Shown: positions 50,036 to 60,325, counted from the stretch's first letter. The stretch is DNA of 64,000 nucleotides from Candidatus Cloacimonadales bacterium (GCA_963662655.2 CAXXTU010000002.1:3328001-3392000); one strand, 5' to 3'. Notes: generated by a model not told the origin, from the sequence alone. Made by a program: numbers and translations.

Positions 50036-50938
50036 ATGGAAAAACAGGTAAAGAACCAAATCATCATGAAGCATTTCTGGTGTGACGAGTGTAGTCACTA
50101 CTGGAAAACGAACGACTTTCGTGAAGACGCGTCGATCGAAGGTGATTACAGGTTCTTTTCACGTTGTCCTATGTGCAACGAAGAGAGGATCAACAAGCAC
50201 CATTGCTACGGTCAGCTTGAAAAAGCCTGGGCAAGTGCAACGGGGCCACAGACAGAGAAAGGCAAGAACCGTGCGCGGCTGAATGCCGTTAAGCACGGGA
50301 AGTACATGAGAGTGCTTACTGCAATGGCTCCCGCGAAGTATGGGAAATACTCGAACTGTGATAAGTGTGACGAGAAGAAAGAATGTGAGGCTGGCGAAGT
50401 TCGGTACTGCCCTCATCAACGTGGGATTATGCTCCGTTTTTTACAGGCGTACGAGGACGGAGACGTTGAGGCTTTGAAGGCTTATGCCGCTATGGCGCAA
50501 GCAAGGACGATGGGCGTTCTCGATAACATCTTCGCCGAGATACTTAACAGGGGCGTATTGATTGAAGAACCGAAGCTGCGTTCGAACGGCGAACAAGCCG
50601 AGACTTCCGAAGGTATTCCTATCGTCGAGATCAAGCGCAACCCACTTATAAAACAAATTCCCGAAATGATGAGAACCCTTGGGTTCGAAGCCGAACAGCA
50701 GAGGATGACTCCGGCAAGCAACGACGCAAAGGATACTGATCCTTCGGGAAACCTAAAGGGTATTGAGACCGCATCCGACTTTCTCAAAGAGTTAAGGGAA
50801 ACTCTTAATACTGCAATCGACGGGGTGTCGTTGAAAAAGCGAAGGGAACAGGACGAGATTTTGCAGGCACTTGAGCACGACGGTTCGATTGAAAATGTGA
50901 AGGTAGAGTACCCTAACAAGAATGTATTTAAACCGTGA
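50036..50938 (+). CDS. Putative terminase small subunit with Cys clusters
   Basis: ATGPQTEKGKNRARLNAVKHG motif, several CxxC, IKRNPL; directly upstream of TerL. Confidence 0.65.
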   Translation: MEKQVKNQIIMKHFWCDECSHYWKTNDFREDASIEGDYRFFSRCPMCNEERINKHHCYGQLEKAWASATGPQTEKGKNRARLNAVKHGKYMRVLTAMAPAKYGKYSNCDKCDEKKECEAGEVRYCPHQRGIMLRFLQAYEDGDVEALKAYAAMAQARTMGVLDNIFAEILNRGVLIEEPKLRSNGEQAETSEGIPIVEIKRNPLIKQIPEMMRTLGFEAEQQRMTPASNDAKDTDPSGNLKGIETASDFLKELRETLNTAIDGVSLKKRREQDEILQALEHDGSIENVKVEYPNKNVFKP

Positions 50939-52548
50939 TGTCAGGCGTAACAAGCAAGGCCGATAAGAGGCTCGAATTTTACAGAAATTTAGCGCAACAG
51001 GATATAGTATTAGCGTGTTTGCTCTTTGCAAAGGACATATGTGATTGGACTCCGAGATATCATCAGATATATCACATCAAGGAGATGCTCAGTAATCAGC
51101 GTGTTCTCAATGTTCTCCCCCCGAGATCGGGGAAAACCTCAGAGACGGAGCTGGTTGACCTTTTTGACTGCGTGATTAATCCGTGGGAAGAGCTTCGTTT
51201 GTATTGCCCGAAGAAAGAACAGGGCAAGGAGGCGATGCGCTACATTTACAACTGGATCAACGAATCATCAATTCTGCATTCCTTTCTACGGAAACACAAT
51301 GGAAAGCCGGTTCTCTCTCATGAACGATTCGAGTTTGCGAACATGAGTATTGGGGAAGTGCATTCCGTTGCGGCCAAAGTCGAAGGGCATAACGCGACGA
51401 TTGCGAGACTCGAAGAATTCGACGACTGGAAATTCGAATGGTTTTCCGAGAAGGTCATGAGGCGTATCGCGGCCCCTAATAAGAACGGACTTCCTACAAG
51501 AATCAGGATCACGGGAACGATCAAAGGACAAGAGAACATCTTCCGCATGGTTACAGAGAAGGGGCTGAGTTCGCAGTATAAAAACCTGATGGTACATCCT
51601 GTGATGGGGATTCTGGACGTTCATGCAATGATTGAGTGCGGCGCGCTCGACCCTGATGCGGTTGAACAGCAACGCCTTACAATGCCTCCAGACGAGTGGG
51701 CTCGATCGATGCTGCTCAAGTTTACCGAGGCAACCAACTTCATTTACAGCCGTTATCTCAGAGAATCGATGAAGGCGGCCATGGAGTGGGACATTCCGCT
51801 CGATGGGATTGATCCATATCGAGACGGGTATTACCAGACATGTGGGAAAATCGCGATCGGTTTCGACTGTGGACATTCAGGGCAATCGAAAGAGTCATCC
51901 GTCTATTCGCTTCAAGTTGTGGAGGAGATAGGCGACTGGCGACGCTGGATATACGCGAAGAAGTGGGCACCGGATGTAGATGAATCTCAGCTTCAGGATG
52001 AAGTGTTCGAGATTTTCCGTTTCTTCAAGCCTGATGGCGGATATGGCGATGCGCTGCAAGCCAACACCATTCAGAGCATCAACAAGCGGCTTTGGCGTGA
52101 GGGAATATCCTTCTTAAACCCTGAAGAGCATCCCGAGAATAACGCGTCGAACTGGAAGAGATGGTATTTCTCTCCCCTATGGAATACAGGGAAAGAGAAA
52201 CATTTCTACTATTCGTCGCTTCGAAACGGTGTTCACGGAGGTAAGTTCTTCTTCCCATACTACGACGCGAAAGATACCAGGCCGATTGCAATCATCTGCA
52301 AGCAAACCATTCAGAGTATTCTCAATATCCGGCAAGAGACCACAGCAGGACAATACCCGAGATATTACGGAGCATCCAACGAACACGGTGACGATCATGC
52401 CGACGCGCTGGGAATGGCGTGTCGATGGCTCGACGATCACCGCGACATACAAGTCAACTACAAGCTGGTTGAGGGCCACGGTGAGCACAAAATGATCACC
52501 GGACTGAAACGCACGAGATTGTCGTCCAGGATTATGGACGACTTCTAA
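50935..52548 (+). CDS. Terminase large subunit
   Basis: Walker A PPRSGKT, Walker B RLEEFDD, ITGT coupling motif, nuclease IGFDCG and GDDHADALGMA. Confidence 0.88.
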   Translation: MMSGVTSKADKRLEFYRNLAQQDIVLACLLFAKDICDWTPRYHQIYHIKEMLSNQRVLNVLPPRSGKTSETELVDLFDCVINPWEELRLYCPKKEQGKEAMRYIYNWINESSILHSFLRKHNGKPVLSHERFEFANMSIGEVHSVAAKVEGHNATIARLEEFDDWKFEWFSEKVMRRIAAPNKNGLPTRIRITGTIKGQENIFRMVTEKGLSSQYKNLMVHPVMGILDVHAMIECGALDPDAVEQQRLTMPPDEWARSMLLKFTEATNFIYSRYLRESMKAAMEWDIPLDGIDPYRDGYYQTCGKIAIGFDCGHSGQSKESSVYSLQVVEEIGDWRRWIYAKKWAPDVDESQLQDEVFEIFRFFKPDGGYGDALQANTIQSINKRLWREGISFLNPEEHPENNASNWKRWYFSPLWNTGKEKHFYYSSLRNGVHGGKFFFPYYDAKDTRPIAIICKQTIQSILNIRQETTAGQYPRYYGASNEHGDDHADALGMACRWLDDHRDIQVNYKLVEGHGEHKMITGLKRTRLSSRIMDDF

Positions 52549-52567
52549 AATCGATAAGGAGGAATTC

Positions 52568-53047
52568 ATGCGAAAACGATTTATTTCCATCATGCTACTG
52601 ATCGTTCTGACTTTGTCATGCACGATGGCATTGGCCGAGAATATCGGCAAGGATATGGGGCCACCGGATCAGAATGTCACCGGAGGGCGGATTGACGAGA
52701 ATACCGACACAACAGTTCGTCAGTATATCCTCCCGATCCTTGCGCTTGTAATCGTGACGGTGCTAACGCTGGTATTCAAGAAGAGCAACATCACAAAAGA
52801 CCGAATCCTACGACTGCTTACCGAAATCTGGAATATCATCGTCGATATCGATAACGACACCTCTTCACCGAACAACAGCCATACACGAGCGTCCCGGAAG
52901 CAAAAGACGCTCGCCAGAATTGAACAGGTAATTCCGAAGAAGGATAAAAGCCTGCTCGAAAAGACGTTCGGAAGCCTCAGCGGAGCGGTTGAAATGGCCT
53001 TTCAGGTATTCAAATACGGTCGTCCAATCATCAAGAAAATATTTTAA
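52568..53047 (+). CDS. Phage membrane protein (signal peptide plus TM), holin-like candidate
   Basis: Two hydrophobic segments, basic tail, AAGGAGG RBS. Confidence 0.5.
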   Translation: MRKRFISIMLLIVLTLSCTMALAENIGKDMGPPDQNVTGGRIDENTDTTVRQYILPILALVIVTVLTLVFKKSNITKDRILRLLTEIWNIIVDIDNDTSSPNNSHTRASRKQKTLARIEQVIPKKDKSLLEKTFGSLSGAVEMAFQVFKYGRPIIKKIF

Positions 53048-53088
53048 CAACGGCACGGGATAGCGGATGAAAAGACAGGAGCGCGGAC

Positions 53089-55320
53089 GTGATTAATGAA
53101 CATCGAGCGAAACGGATCAAACGGGAAAATCGACTGATACTTGAAGAAGTGACCCGCGCTCCTCGTCATCTGGCTACTTTACAAGGACGTTCACCGTACG
53201 AAAATCCCGATCGACAGGCGAGCAGGCGAGGTATCGAATACCTTGAGACGCACGTTGAATCGGACGGGCAGTACAAGTCTCAGATTGAAAGCCGTATCTC
53301 CGGTGTGCTGAAAAACCGGTATGAGATCGAACCGGGACACCAGATAATCGACGGGAAGAAGGTCGTTACGCAACGCGATGCCGAGATTGCCGAATTTGTA
53401 AGATGGAATCTGGAACACGTTCCAAGCTTCATCACCGATCTGAAGGCGATGCTCTCTGCAATCAGCAGGGGATTCAGCCTTTCGGAAATCAACTGGAAGC
53501 GCATTACGTCCGGTCAGTATGCCGGAAAAATTGGAATTCAGAATATCCGGCACAAGGAACAACGATATTTCTCGTTTGCCTTCGACGACATGGGATATTT
53601 TCAGCCAACGATGGTTGATCCCGAATACCGGCGGCTTCCCTTGAATAAGTTTATTCATGTCATTTCAGGCATCGACGACGAAAAGCCGTTCGGAACCCCG
53701 CTGGCAAGTCCTTGCTCGTTTTACACATGGCTGAAAAAGGGCGGATTCAAGGACTGGTCGTATTTCCAAACCCGATTCGGCCAACCGCTGGTAAAGGTGG
53801 GCGTACCAGAGAATACGCAAACCGGCGATGATGCGGACAAGGCGGCCACACGCATCTTCGAGGCTGCTGAAAGAGGGACGGGAATCAAGGTACCGAAGAA
53901 TCTGGATGTGTCGTTCCTTGAGGCGATGAGATCGGGAACCGCAACGCAGAAAGACTTCGTGGACGCATGTAATCGGGAGATCAGCGTTACGGTATTGGGT
54001 GTAACGCTTACGACCGACGAGGGGAAAAACACCGGTACGCATGCACTGGGATCGGTTCACGCAGAGAAAGAGGCAACGACAATTCTCTTCGACTCGATCA
54101 TGCTTTCCTCAGCCATTAACGATCAGTTGATCAAACGCCTGGTCAATTTCAATTTCCCCGGTGTCGAGAACTATCCGCGGTTCATTCTACCCCACTTCAA
54201 CTACTCGTACTTTGTGGCATTCGCTCAAGGTATTATGGCGATGGTTCAGGCGGGAGTGAAAATCCCGATGAACTGGGTTCGAAAAATCGCAATGCTTCCG
54301 GTTCCAGAAGAGGGCGAAGAACTCGTTCAGCAGGTAATCCAGACAATCACGAACGCTCAGGGAAAGGGAATCGACAACAAGGCCAAAGAGGCACATCAAC
54401 ACCACATCGATAACGATCGCGCGATACAGGACGGATTTGGAAGCCATTTCTCTGCAGAAACGGAGATCGAGAACTTGAACGTGAAATTGATCATGGACAA
54501 CGATCCCATCATTCGACGTTACGCCGGATCCGTGAGCGTCATTCTCGAAGACGAGATTCGCAAACTGATTCCGTCAATCATGGTATCGGGCACAATACCG
54601 GAGAAATCCGACAAGCTGAACCAATCCATTGCCACCCAGATAAACGAAATGATGGTGTTGGGATATCTCAGGGGGATGTACTCCATTCGAAAAGAGACCG
54701 AACACCTCGCTACATTCACAGAGGAGACTCAGGAAGAACCCGCCGCGCATTCTCTTCTGTTCGCACCTTTCAACGAAATCGTCCAGGAATACCTCAACCT
54801 TATCGAGCTGAACAAGGCGGCGTACGACCTTATCAGTGAGACGATGAAGCGTAAGGCTTTCACGGTGGCTGGCGTATTCAGCGAGAAAGGATTGAACGCC
54901 TTACATACGGCTATCGGAGAAGGGCTTGAAAAGGGACTCACTCAGGTTGAAATCGAGCTTAAGATGTCACGAGAGCTTAACCGATTAGGGCTTTCGGGAC
55001 TTCGGAGCTGGCATTCAGAATTGATTGTCAGAAACAACCTCATGGAAGCCTACTCCGGCGGACGAGAGAAGGTGTTGTCATCACTTAGTGATACGGAATT
55101 CCCTGCAAGGCAAGTTCTGTGCATCCTTGATGTCAGGACAAGGCCAAGTCACGCTGCATTCCATCGATTTACACGACCGCTGAACGATCCAATATGGAAC
55201 ATGCTACACACGCCATTTGACCACAATTGCCGGTGTACGATCCGCGCTATCCACAAATCGGAGAGCTACACGATTACCGAGGTATTGCCGGATATGTCCG
55301 GACTGGGGTTTGTCCAATGA
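53089..55320 (+). CDS. Portal protein (Mu gp29/DUF935-like) fused to Mu gpF-like head morphogenesis domain
   Basis: AISRGFSLSEINW, RFGQP, NREISVTVLGVTLT, GTHALGSVH; C-terminal KAFTVAG, RNNLMEAYSGGR, DVRTRPSH, PFDHNCRC. Confidence 0.85.
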   Translation: MINEHRAKRIKRENRLILEEVTRAPRHLATLQGRSPYENPDRQASRRGIEYLETHVESDGQYKSQIESRISGVLKNRYEIEPGHQIIDGKKVVTQRDAEIAEFVRWNLEHVPSFITDLKAMLSAISRGFSLSEINWKRITSGQYAGKIGIQNIRHKEQRYFSFAFDDMGYFQPTMVDPEYRRLPLNKFIHVISGIDDEKPFGTPLASPCSFYTWLKKGGFKDWSYFQTRFGQPLVKVGVPENTQTGDDADKAATRIFEAAERGTGIKVPKNLDVSFLEAMRSGTATQKDFVDACNREISVTVLGVTLTTDEGKNTGTHALGSVHAEKEATTILFDSIMLSSAINDQLIKRLVNFNFPGVENYPRFILPHFNYSYFVAFAQGIMAMVQAGVKIPMNWVRKIAMLPVPEEGEELVQQVIQTITNAQGKGIDNKAKEAHQHHIDNDRAIQDGFGSHFSAETEIENLNVKLIMDNDPIIRRYAGSVSVILEDEIRKLIPSIMVSGTIPEKSDKLNQSIATQINEMMVLGYLRGMYSIRKETEHLATFTEETQEEPAAHSLLFAPFNEIVQEYLNLIELNKAAYDLISETMKRKAFTVAGVFSEKGLNALHTAIGEGLEKGLTQVEIELKMSRELNRLGLSGLRSWHSELIVRNNLMEAYSGGREKVLSSLSDTEFPARQVLCILDVRTRPSHAAFHRFTRPLNDPIWNMLHTPFDHNCRCTIRAIHKSESYTITEVLPDMSGLGFVQ

Positions 55321-55841
55321 CATTCATGCAAGCGGAACAACCATACAACTTAAGGACGGAACCAATGGGAAACCAGATTTCAGAACAATTCGTAAAGACG
55401 ATTGAAGCGCAATTGGTTCGCCATGAGGGCGAGAAACTCAAGCCGTACCGGTGTCCGGCCGGCAAGTGGACGATCGGCGTGGGGCGGAACCTGGAAGACA
55501 GGGGCATTACAACCGACGAACTAGTGAAAATCTTCAGGGAAAGCGGCATTACAGAAGAACAATCACGAACACTGCTTCGTAACGACATCAATGCAACGAT
55601 TCAACAACTGAACCGGCATCTTTCCGAGGTATTCAACTCCCTGAACGACTCCCGAAAGGCCGTGCTGGTGGACATGGCGTTCAACATGGGAATCGGGGGG
55701 CTGCTGAAGTTCAAACGGATGATTCAGGCACTAGGAGTCCGCGATTATGAACGCGCGGCGATTGAGATGCTGGATTCACGATGGGCGCGACAGGTGGGAA
55801 GGCGCGCGAACAATCTTTCAGAACAAATGAAAAGGGGATAA
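55317..55841 (+). CDS. Phage lysozyme (GH24/T4-like endolysin)
   Basis: HEGEKLKPYRCPAGKWTIGVGRNL, LVDMAFNMG, EMLDSRWARQVGRRA. Confidence 0.92.
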   Translation: MTFMQAEQPYNLRTEPMGNQISEQFVKTIEAQLVRHEGEKLKPYRCPAGKWTIGVGRNLEDRGITTDELVKIFRESGITEEQSRTLLRNDINATIQQLNRHLSEVFNSLNDSRKAVLVDMAFNMGIGGLLKFKRMIQALGVRDYERAAIEMLDSRWARQVGRRANNLSEQMKRG

Positions 55842-55846
55842 ACGCT

Positions 55847-56260
55847 ATGGGAAACAAAAGCAATCTTGAGATTAAAACCGAGCCTACAGAGAAGGTTTCA
55901 ATCACCATACACACCGATATCGATACACTCGTATTAGCTGGCCCAATGATGGTAAAGAACGGACTTGGATCACTTCTTCTTGGTAGATCGGAAGACGAAT
56001 CAGAAAAGGGCGGACTGCAAAACACAATGTACACATTGATCCAGGAACTCTGGTTTACCGGTGAAATCAAACCCTTTCTCCGTACGATTTTGCATATCGA
56101 TGAACTTCCTAAATTCACCTTCCGTGAGACATGGGAGATTGTCGGGGTTTTTTTAGGACTGCTCACGATGGGATCGAGCGGGGGTACCGACGATGGCCTG
56201 AAGCGAGTAAGCAATCCAGAGGAAGCGACAGGACGGAGACTGGGCATCCGTTTCGCATAA
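55847..56260 (+). CDS. Phage protein, possible tail assembly chaperone (gpG-like)
   Basis: 137 aa; in-frame T TTT TTA heptamer overlapping a -1 frame ORF that runs to 56406. Confidence 0.5.
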   Translation: MGNKSNLEIKTEPTEKVSITIHTDIDTLVLAGPMMVKNGLGSLLLGRSEDESEKGGLQNTMYTLIQELWFTGEIKPFLRTILHIDELPKFTFRETWEIVGVFLGLLTMGSSGGTDDGLKRVSNPEEATGRRLGIRFA

Positions 56261-56378
56261 TCAAGTTCCAGCTCATGCAGATTGGGGTGTATCACCCTGG
56301 GATGCCGATCGATATGGCACTGGAATTTTACGGATATTGGCTAAAACAGGAAGCAGCAAAGAAGAAGGAGATTGAGAA

Positions 56379-56675
56379 ATGGCAGCGGCGAAAAGGATAT
56401 CGGTAACGGCTATTCTGGTGTGCGTAATAACGGCCCTGTGGGGCGTGGTTTACTGGCAGATACAGGGAAACGAGGACGGCATCGAGGAGAACAGGAAATC
56501 CATCGTGTTGATCTACGAGAAGATCAGCGACCTTGAAAACGGACAGATTACCAAGGCTGAATTCAAGGAGATTGTGGCTGACGGGTTGAAGGCTTTCAAG
56601 CTGGATTGCATTGAAGAGGGAAGCATGTTCGTACCTGGTGCCCAACCACAACGGAAACCGGAGAGCAGACCATGA
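56379..56675 (+). CDS. Small phage membrane protein with coiled coil
   Basis: One N-terminal TM; overlaps both neighbours. Confidence 0.6.
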   Translation: MAAAKRISVTAILVCVITALWGVVYWQIQGNEDGIEENRKSIVLIYEKISDLENGQITKAEFKEIVADGLKAFKLDCIEEGSMFVPGAQPQRKPESRP

Positions 56676-57889
56676 GCAAGCAATTATTCAAGTACTATCG
56701 CCACGAGAAGAACCAAGACGGAAGCTACAACATCTACGGCGTCGAGGTGTTCATCCTGGGATTACATCGCAAATTCAACTACGACAAGACATGGTTCGAG
56801 CGAGCGAAGCAAAATCATGAAGAGAAGACAGCCAAGGGGAACTTGCCGCCGATCTTCATCGGGCACAACGATGGAACAGAGAAACGCGCTTGCGGGTTCT
56901 TCGACAACCTTCGCCTCAATGGCGACATGGTTGTGGTGGATTTCCTGAAGATTCCGGCATCTATATTCGCTCTGATTGCAGATCGAGCATATCCGAACCG
57001 CTCTATTGAGGTTTGGGAGAAAAACGCATACATAAGCGGAATCGCTCTTTTGGGATCAAGCGAACCTTTCCATAAGCTTCCGAGCCTGGAGATCGACCAT
57101 ACAGAACAGATCATGGCTGCCAGCGTTCCACTCGGCGCAGCCGTACATTTCTCGACGTACGATGACGGCAAGCTCACCCACGTAATGACTTTTGGCCATC
57201 AGGACGACGACGACACATCCTTCTTCAATATGTTCTTCCGCTGGTTGATGAACTCGAAGAAGATGGAGCCAGGGGACACTCTTCGATTACTCATGAATCA
57301 TTTCGACAACATCAAAAAGGAAGAACCGCAGGACACGGCAGGCAACCCTGATGGCGGGACTCAGACAGAGGACAAAAACGGCACACAAAAGAAACCAGAA
57401 GCAGAAGCAGAAGGAGAAGGAACTATGGATTTCAATGAGGAATTCAAACAGAAGTATGGGATGACTCCCGAGGAGTTCGTTGCAAAGCAGAAGAAAGAAG
57501 CTGAAGAGCGGCTCCGAAGGGATCGAGAGCATTACGCCAGCCTGTTCAAGATCAAGCTGGATGGAATGGACGTATGCCCCGCGATTACCGAAAGCGTTCA
57601 TGCTTTTATGGAAGCTGGTACGGACGAAAAGGTGCGGTTCGGTAAAGACGATCTCGATCACCGAGAGGCTTTCGAAAAGCTTATCACCGACATCATTGAG
57701 AAGGCTACGGAAGGCGAACTCGTGGTGAACATGCAGGAAACCGCGGGTGGCAAGGGAACACAGAACTTCGACGACGACGACGACGATCCGGTAACAATCG
57801 ACAAGGGTATCAAGAAGATCATGCGCGAAAAGGGCGTGGATTACAACGAAGGATTCGAAATCTTCTTCGTAGACAGGGGAGGTGAGTGA
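56672..57889 (+). CDS. Mu-like prohead protease/scaffold (gpI/gpZ-like)
   Basis: PIFIGHN, ACGFF, YPNRSIE, GIALLGSSEP; acidic linker and helical C-terminal half; precedes capsid genes. Confidence 0.78.
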   Translation: MSKQLFKYYRHEKNQDGSYNIYGVEVFILGLHRKFNYDKTWFERAKQNHEEKTAKGNLPPIFIGHNDGTEKRACGFFDNLRLNGDMVVVDFLKIPASIFALIADRAYPNRSIEVWEKNAYISGIALLGSSEPFHKLPSLEIDHTEQIMAASVPLGAAVHFSTYDDGKLTHVMTFGHQDDDDTSFFNMFFRWLMNSKKMEPGDTLRLLMNHFDNIKKEEPQDTAGNPDGGTQTEDKNGTQKKPEAEAEGEGTMDFNEEFKQKYGMTPEEFVAKQKKEAEERLRRDREHYASLFKIKLDGMDVCPAITESVHAFMEAGTDEKVRFGKDDLDHREAFEKLITDIIEKATEGELVVNMQETAGGKGTQNFDDDDDDPVTIDKGIKKIMREKGVDYNEGFEIFFVDRGGE

Positions 57890-58356
57890 TGAGCTTGCAC
57901 GGACGAAATACGGGCGCAGTGGTCTCGGTGGATGCCACTGAAGATATTACCAAGCGGCGACTTGTTACCGCTGGCGGCAAACACGAAGCGAACAAACTCG
58001 CAGTGGGCGCAGCGATCTACGACCAGGACGATGGAAAGTCGGCAAGCATTCAGCAATACGGTATTGCTGAGGTGGTCACAGGGGCTGCCGTGGCTGTTGG
58101 CGATCTGGTGAAGAGCGATGCGGACGGAAAGGTCGTCCCCTTGGCAATGGTCGATTACACCCCAACAACCAGCGCATTGGTTGGCGGGGGAACCGTCGCG
58201 GAACTGGCAGCGGAAATCAACACGGCACTCAACATCGAACGGGGGCTTATCCAGGCAGCAATCAACGCGAACAAGGCTGAAGTTGGACGTATCTGCGGAC
58301 GCGCACTCCAATCGGCTGAGGGCGCAAATGAAATCATCCGAATCCAACTGGCGTAA
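57886..58356 (+). CDS. Capsid cement/decoration protein (DUF2190-like)
   Basis: GIAEVVTGAAVAVGDLVKSDADGK and GRALQSA motifs. Confidence 0.72.
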   Translation: MMSLHGRNTGAVVSVDATEDITKRRLVTAGGKHEANKLAVGAAIYDQDDGKSASIQQYGIAEVVTGAAVAVGDLVKSDADGKVVPLAMVDYTPTTSALVGGGTVAELAAEINTALNIERGLIQAAINANKAEVGRICGRALQSAEGANEIIRIQLA

Positions 58357-58367
58357 GGAGAATAGAA

Positions 58368-59384
58368 ATGAAACAGAAGCTGAAGCTGACAACGAAATCA
58401 GACTACAAGAACATGAATATCCAGCAGCTCCGGAAGTTCGTCGAGCAGTTCGAGGCCCGAGACTCTCAGTTGAGGGGAGACACACATCCCATTGTTAAGG
58501 GTATGCTTCTCGGGGCACTCTATCCAGGCTTTATCGGAGACAAGGCGGTTCCGACGATCGAAACCCTGACTCAAGCCGGTACCTATCTGATCGGTGGAGA
58601 CAGAGAGGGGCTCGACAAGCATGAGACCAAGCGCGCACTGGGCAGCAAGCCGAACACGGTGAGCATGTCGAACAGCTCGGCGAAGTTCGCTTGCGAGGAA
58701 AGGGCACTGGAAATCGAGCTCGATTACGCGGAGCTCGATATTGCAGAAGCTCACGGAGCCAAAGAAACACTGAAATTGAAACGTCGTGCAGGGCACATCA
58801 TCCACTACATTCTACATCTAGTCAGGGAGCTCGAAATAGCGGAAAAGGTGTTCGGGTACGACAACTATGATTCGGGGCAAAGAATAACCCTGTCAGGATC
58901 CGACCAATGGAGCGACAACGATAGCGATCCCGAAGGCGTTATCATAGACGCAGTGGAGGCGTTTGAAACCCAGGCGGGGATTTCACCGAACACCCTGATC
59001 CTTGGCGTGCAGGTTTACAATACTCTCAAGCAACATCCAGCACTCAAAAGCTTCATCAGCGATAACCGCTCCAAGAAGGTGCGTCATGAGGATATGCTCG
59101 AGTTTTTCGACGTTGAAAACATCCTCGTTGGTAAGGGCATCTATCGCGACAATGGGGTCGTCTCCAGAATTTGGGGAAAGAAAGCAGCCCTGCTTTATCT
59201 GCCGCCGGAAGGAATGCAGCTCGATATCATGCCGTATCACACGGTCAATTTCGAATGGAAGAAACGCTTCGATGTCCGCGAAGTAGCACGCGAGGACACC
59301 GTCGCGCTGAAGGAATACATGTCGTACCAAATCCAGACCTTGAGCAAGAAATTCGGGTATCTCGTTGAAGGCGCGATAGCGTAG
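58368..59384 (+). CDS. Major capsid protein
   Basis: 338 aa; LSGSDQWSDNDSDP, PNTLILG, LKQHP, IWGKKAALLY, C-terminal GYLVEGAIA. Confidence 0.85.
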   Translation: MKQKLKLTTKSDYKNMNIQQLRKFVEQFEARDSQLRGDTHPIVKGMLLGALYPGFIGDKAVPTIETLTQAGTYLIGGDREGLDKHETKRALGSKPNTVSMSNSSAKFACEERALEIELDYAELDIAEAHGAKETLKLKRRAGHIIHYILHLVRELEIAEKVFGYDNYDSGQRITLSGSDQWSDNDSDPEGVIIDAVEAFETQAGISPNTLILGVQVYNTLKQHPALKSFISDNRSKKVRHEDMLEFFDVENILVGKGIYRDNGVVSRIWGKKAALLYLPPEGMQLDIMPYHTVNFEWKKRFDVREVAREDTVALKEYMSYQIQTLSKKFGYLVEGAIA

Positions 59385-59392
59385 GGGGACGT

Positions 59393-59713
59393 ATGATCAA
59401 GATCAAGACGAATATCAGGCACAATCATGTGTTGTACACGATTGGGCAAACCGTAGATGACATTCCTGGGCTTCCCGAGGTGGAGCGAAAGGAGATGATA
59501 CGGCTTGGGAAAATCGAGGTTATCCCCGATCCTCCAACAGCAGGAAGTAAAGAAGTGTATCGCGTAATCAAGGAAGAATCCGTGGAGCGCATGGACGGCA
59601 CCTTTCTGGACATTGGCGATCTTGTAACCGAGGACATGGAATTTCCGAAATCAATCAAACAGATGTTGCATTTCGGCTGGATTGAGCCTCAAGCAGAGAC
59701 AGGAGACAGATAA
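59393..59713 (+). CDS. Phage hypothetical protein following the capsid gene
   Basis: RBS, two short similar halves, operon position. Confidence 0.6.
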   Translation: MIKIKTNIRHNHVLYTIGQTVDDIPGLPEVERKEMIRLGKIEVIPDPPTAGSKEVYRVIKEESVERMDGTFLDIGDLVTEDMEFPKSIKQMLHFGWIEPQAETGDR

Positions 59714-60249
59714 TGGGAACATTAACAAGACCGACAGGGTTAGCAACGAACAGCTTCGACGATGCGCTACGCATCTGGAAGAAGCACTGTAGATTGTATG
59801 TTTCCGAAGGAATTGCCGGAGACGATAACACACCCGCAACCAAGGAAGCCCTTGCCGCATTGATCGACGCCAGCACCGGCGTTTTCGCCCCACTGGGCAG
59901 GCTAACCGAAGATTCCGGAGAACTCGACTGGGAGCAATTCTTCGATAAAGTATCAGAAGGAAAGGCTCTTGGTGATGTTGAAGTTACGGCGACGGCGAAC
60001 GTCATCGCGATTGACTCAGACCAACTTGCGTGGCTGGACAGCGCGAACGCGAAGAAGAAGCTTTCTCTCCTCGCGATACCGCTCGATCGGGACGACGAAT
60101 TCGTAATCATTTCCGGCGTGGACATGACTCACAAGGGCAAGATGCTCTTCAACGGCGGCCTCAGCCATTGTGACCTGACCTTTTCGGGAGTCTATTCGAC
60201 GATTGGGGCGTGTATCAAGGTAGGAACCGGCTTGACATCAGGAACGTAA
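59713..60249 (+). CDS. Phage structural protein, possible tail tube
   Basis: 178 aa, beta-rich pattern (FAPLGRL..GEL, VEVTA, DLTFSG). Confidence 0.5.
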   Translation: MGTLTRPTGLATNSFDDALRIWKKHCRLYVSEGIAGDDNTPATKEALAALIDASTGVFAPLGRLTEDSGELDWEQFFDKVSEGKALGDVEVTATANVIAIDSDQLAWLDSANAKKKLSLLAIPLDRDDEFVIISGVDMTHKGKMLFNGGLSHCDLTFSGVYSTIGACIKVGTGLTSGT

Positions 60250-60325
60250 TACAATCCTCCCCCCCCTCCCCTCCATCGATTCTTGTGGGAATTCAGGATG
60301 ACCTGGAGGGGAACAGGGCGAGGAA

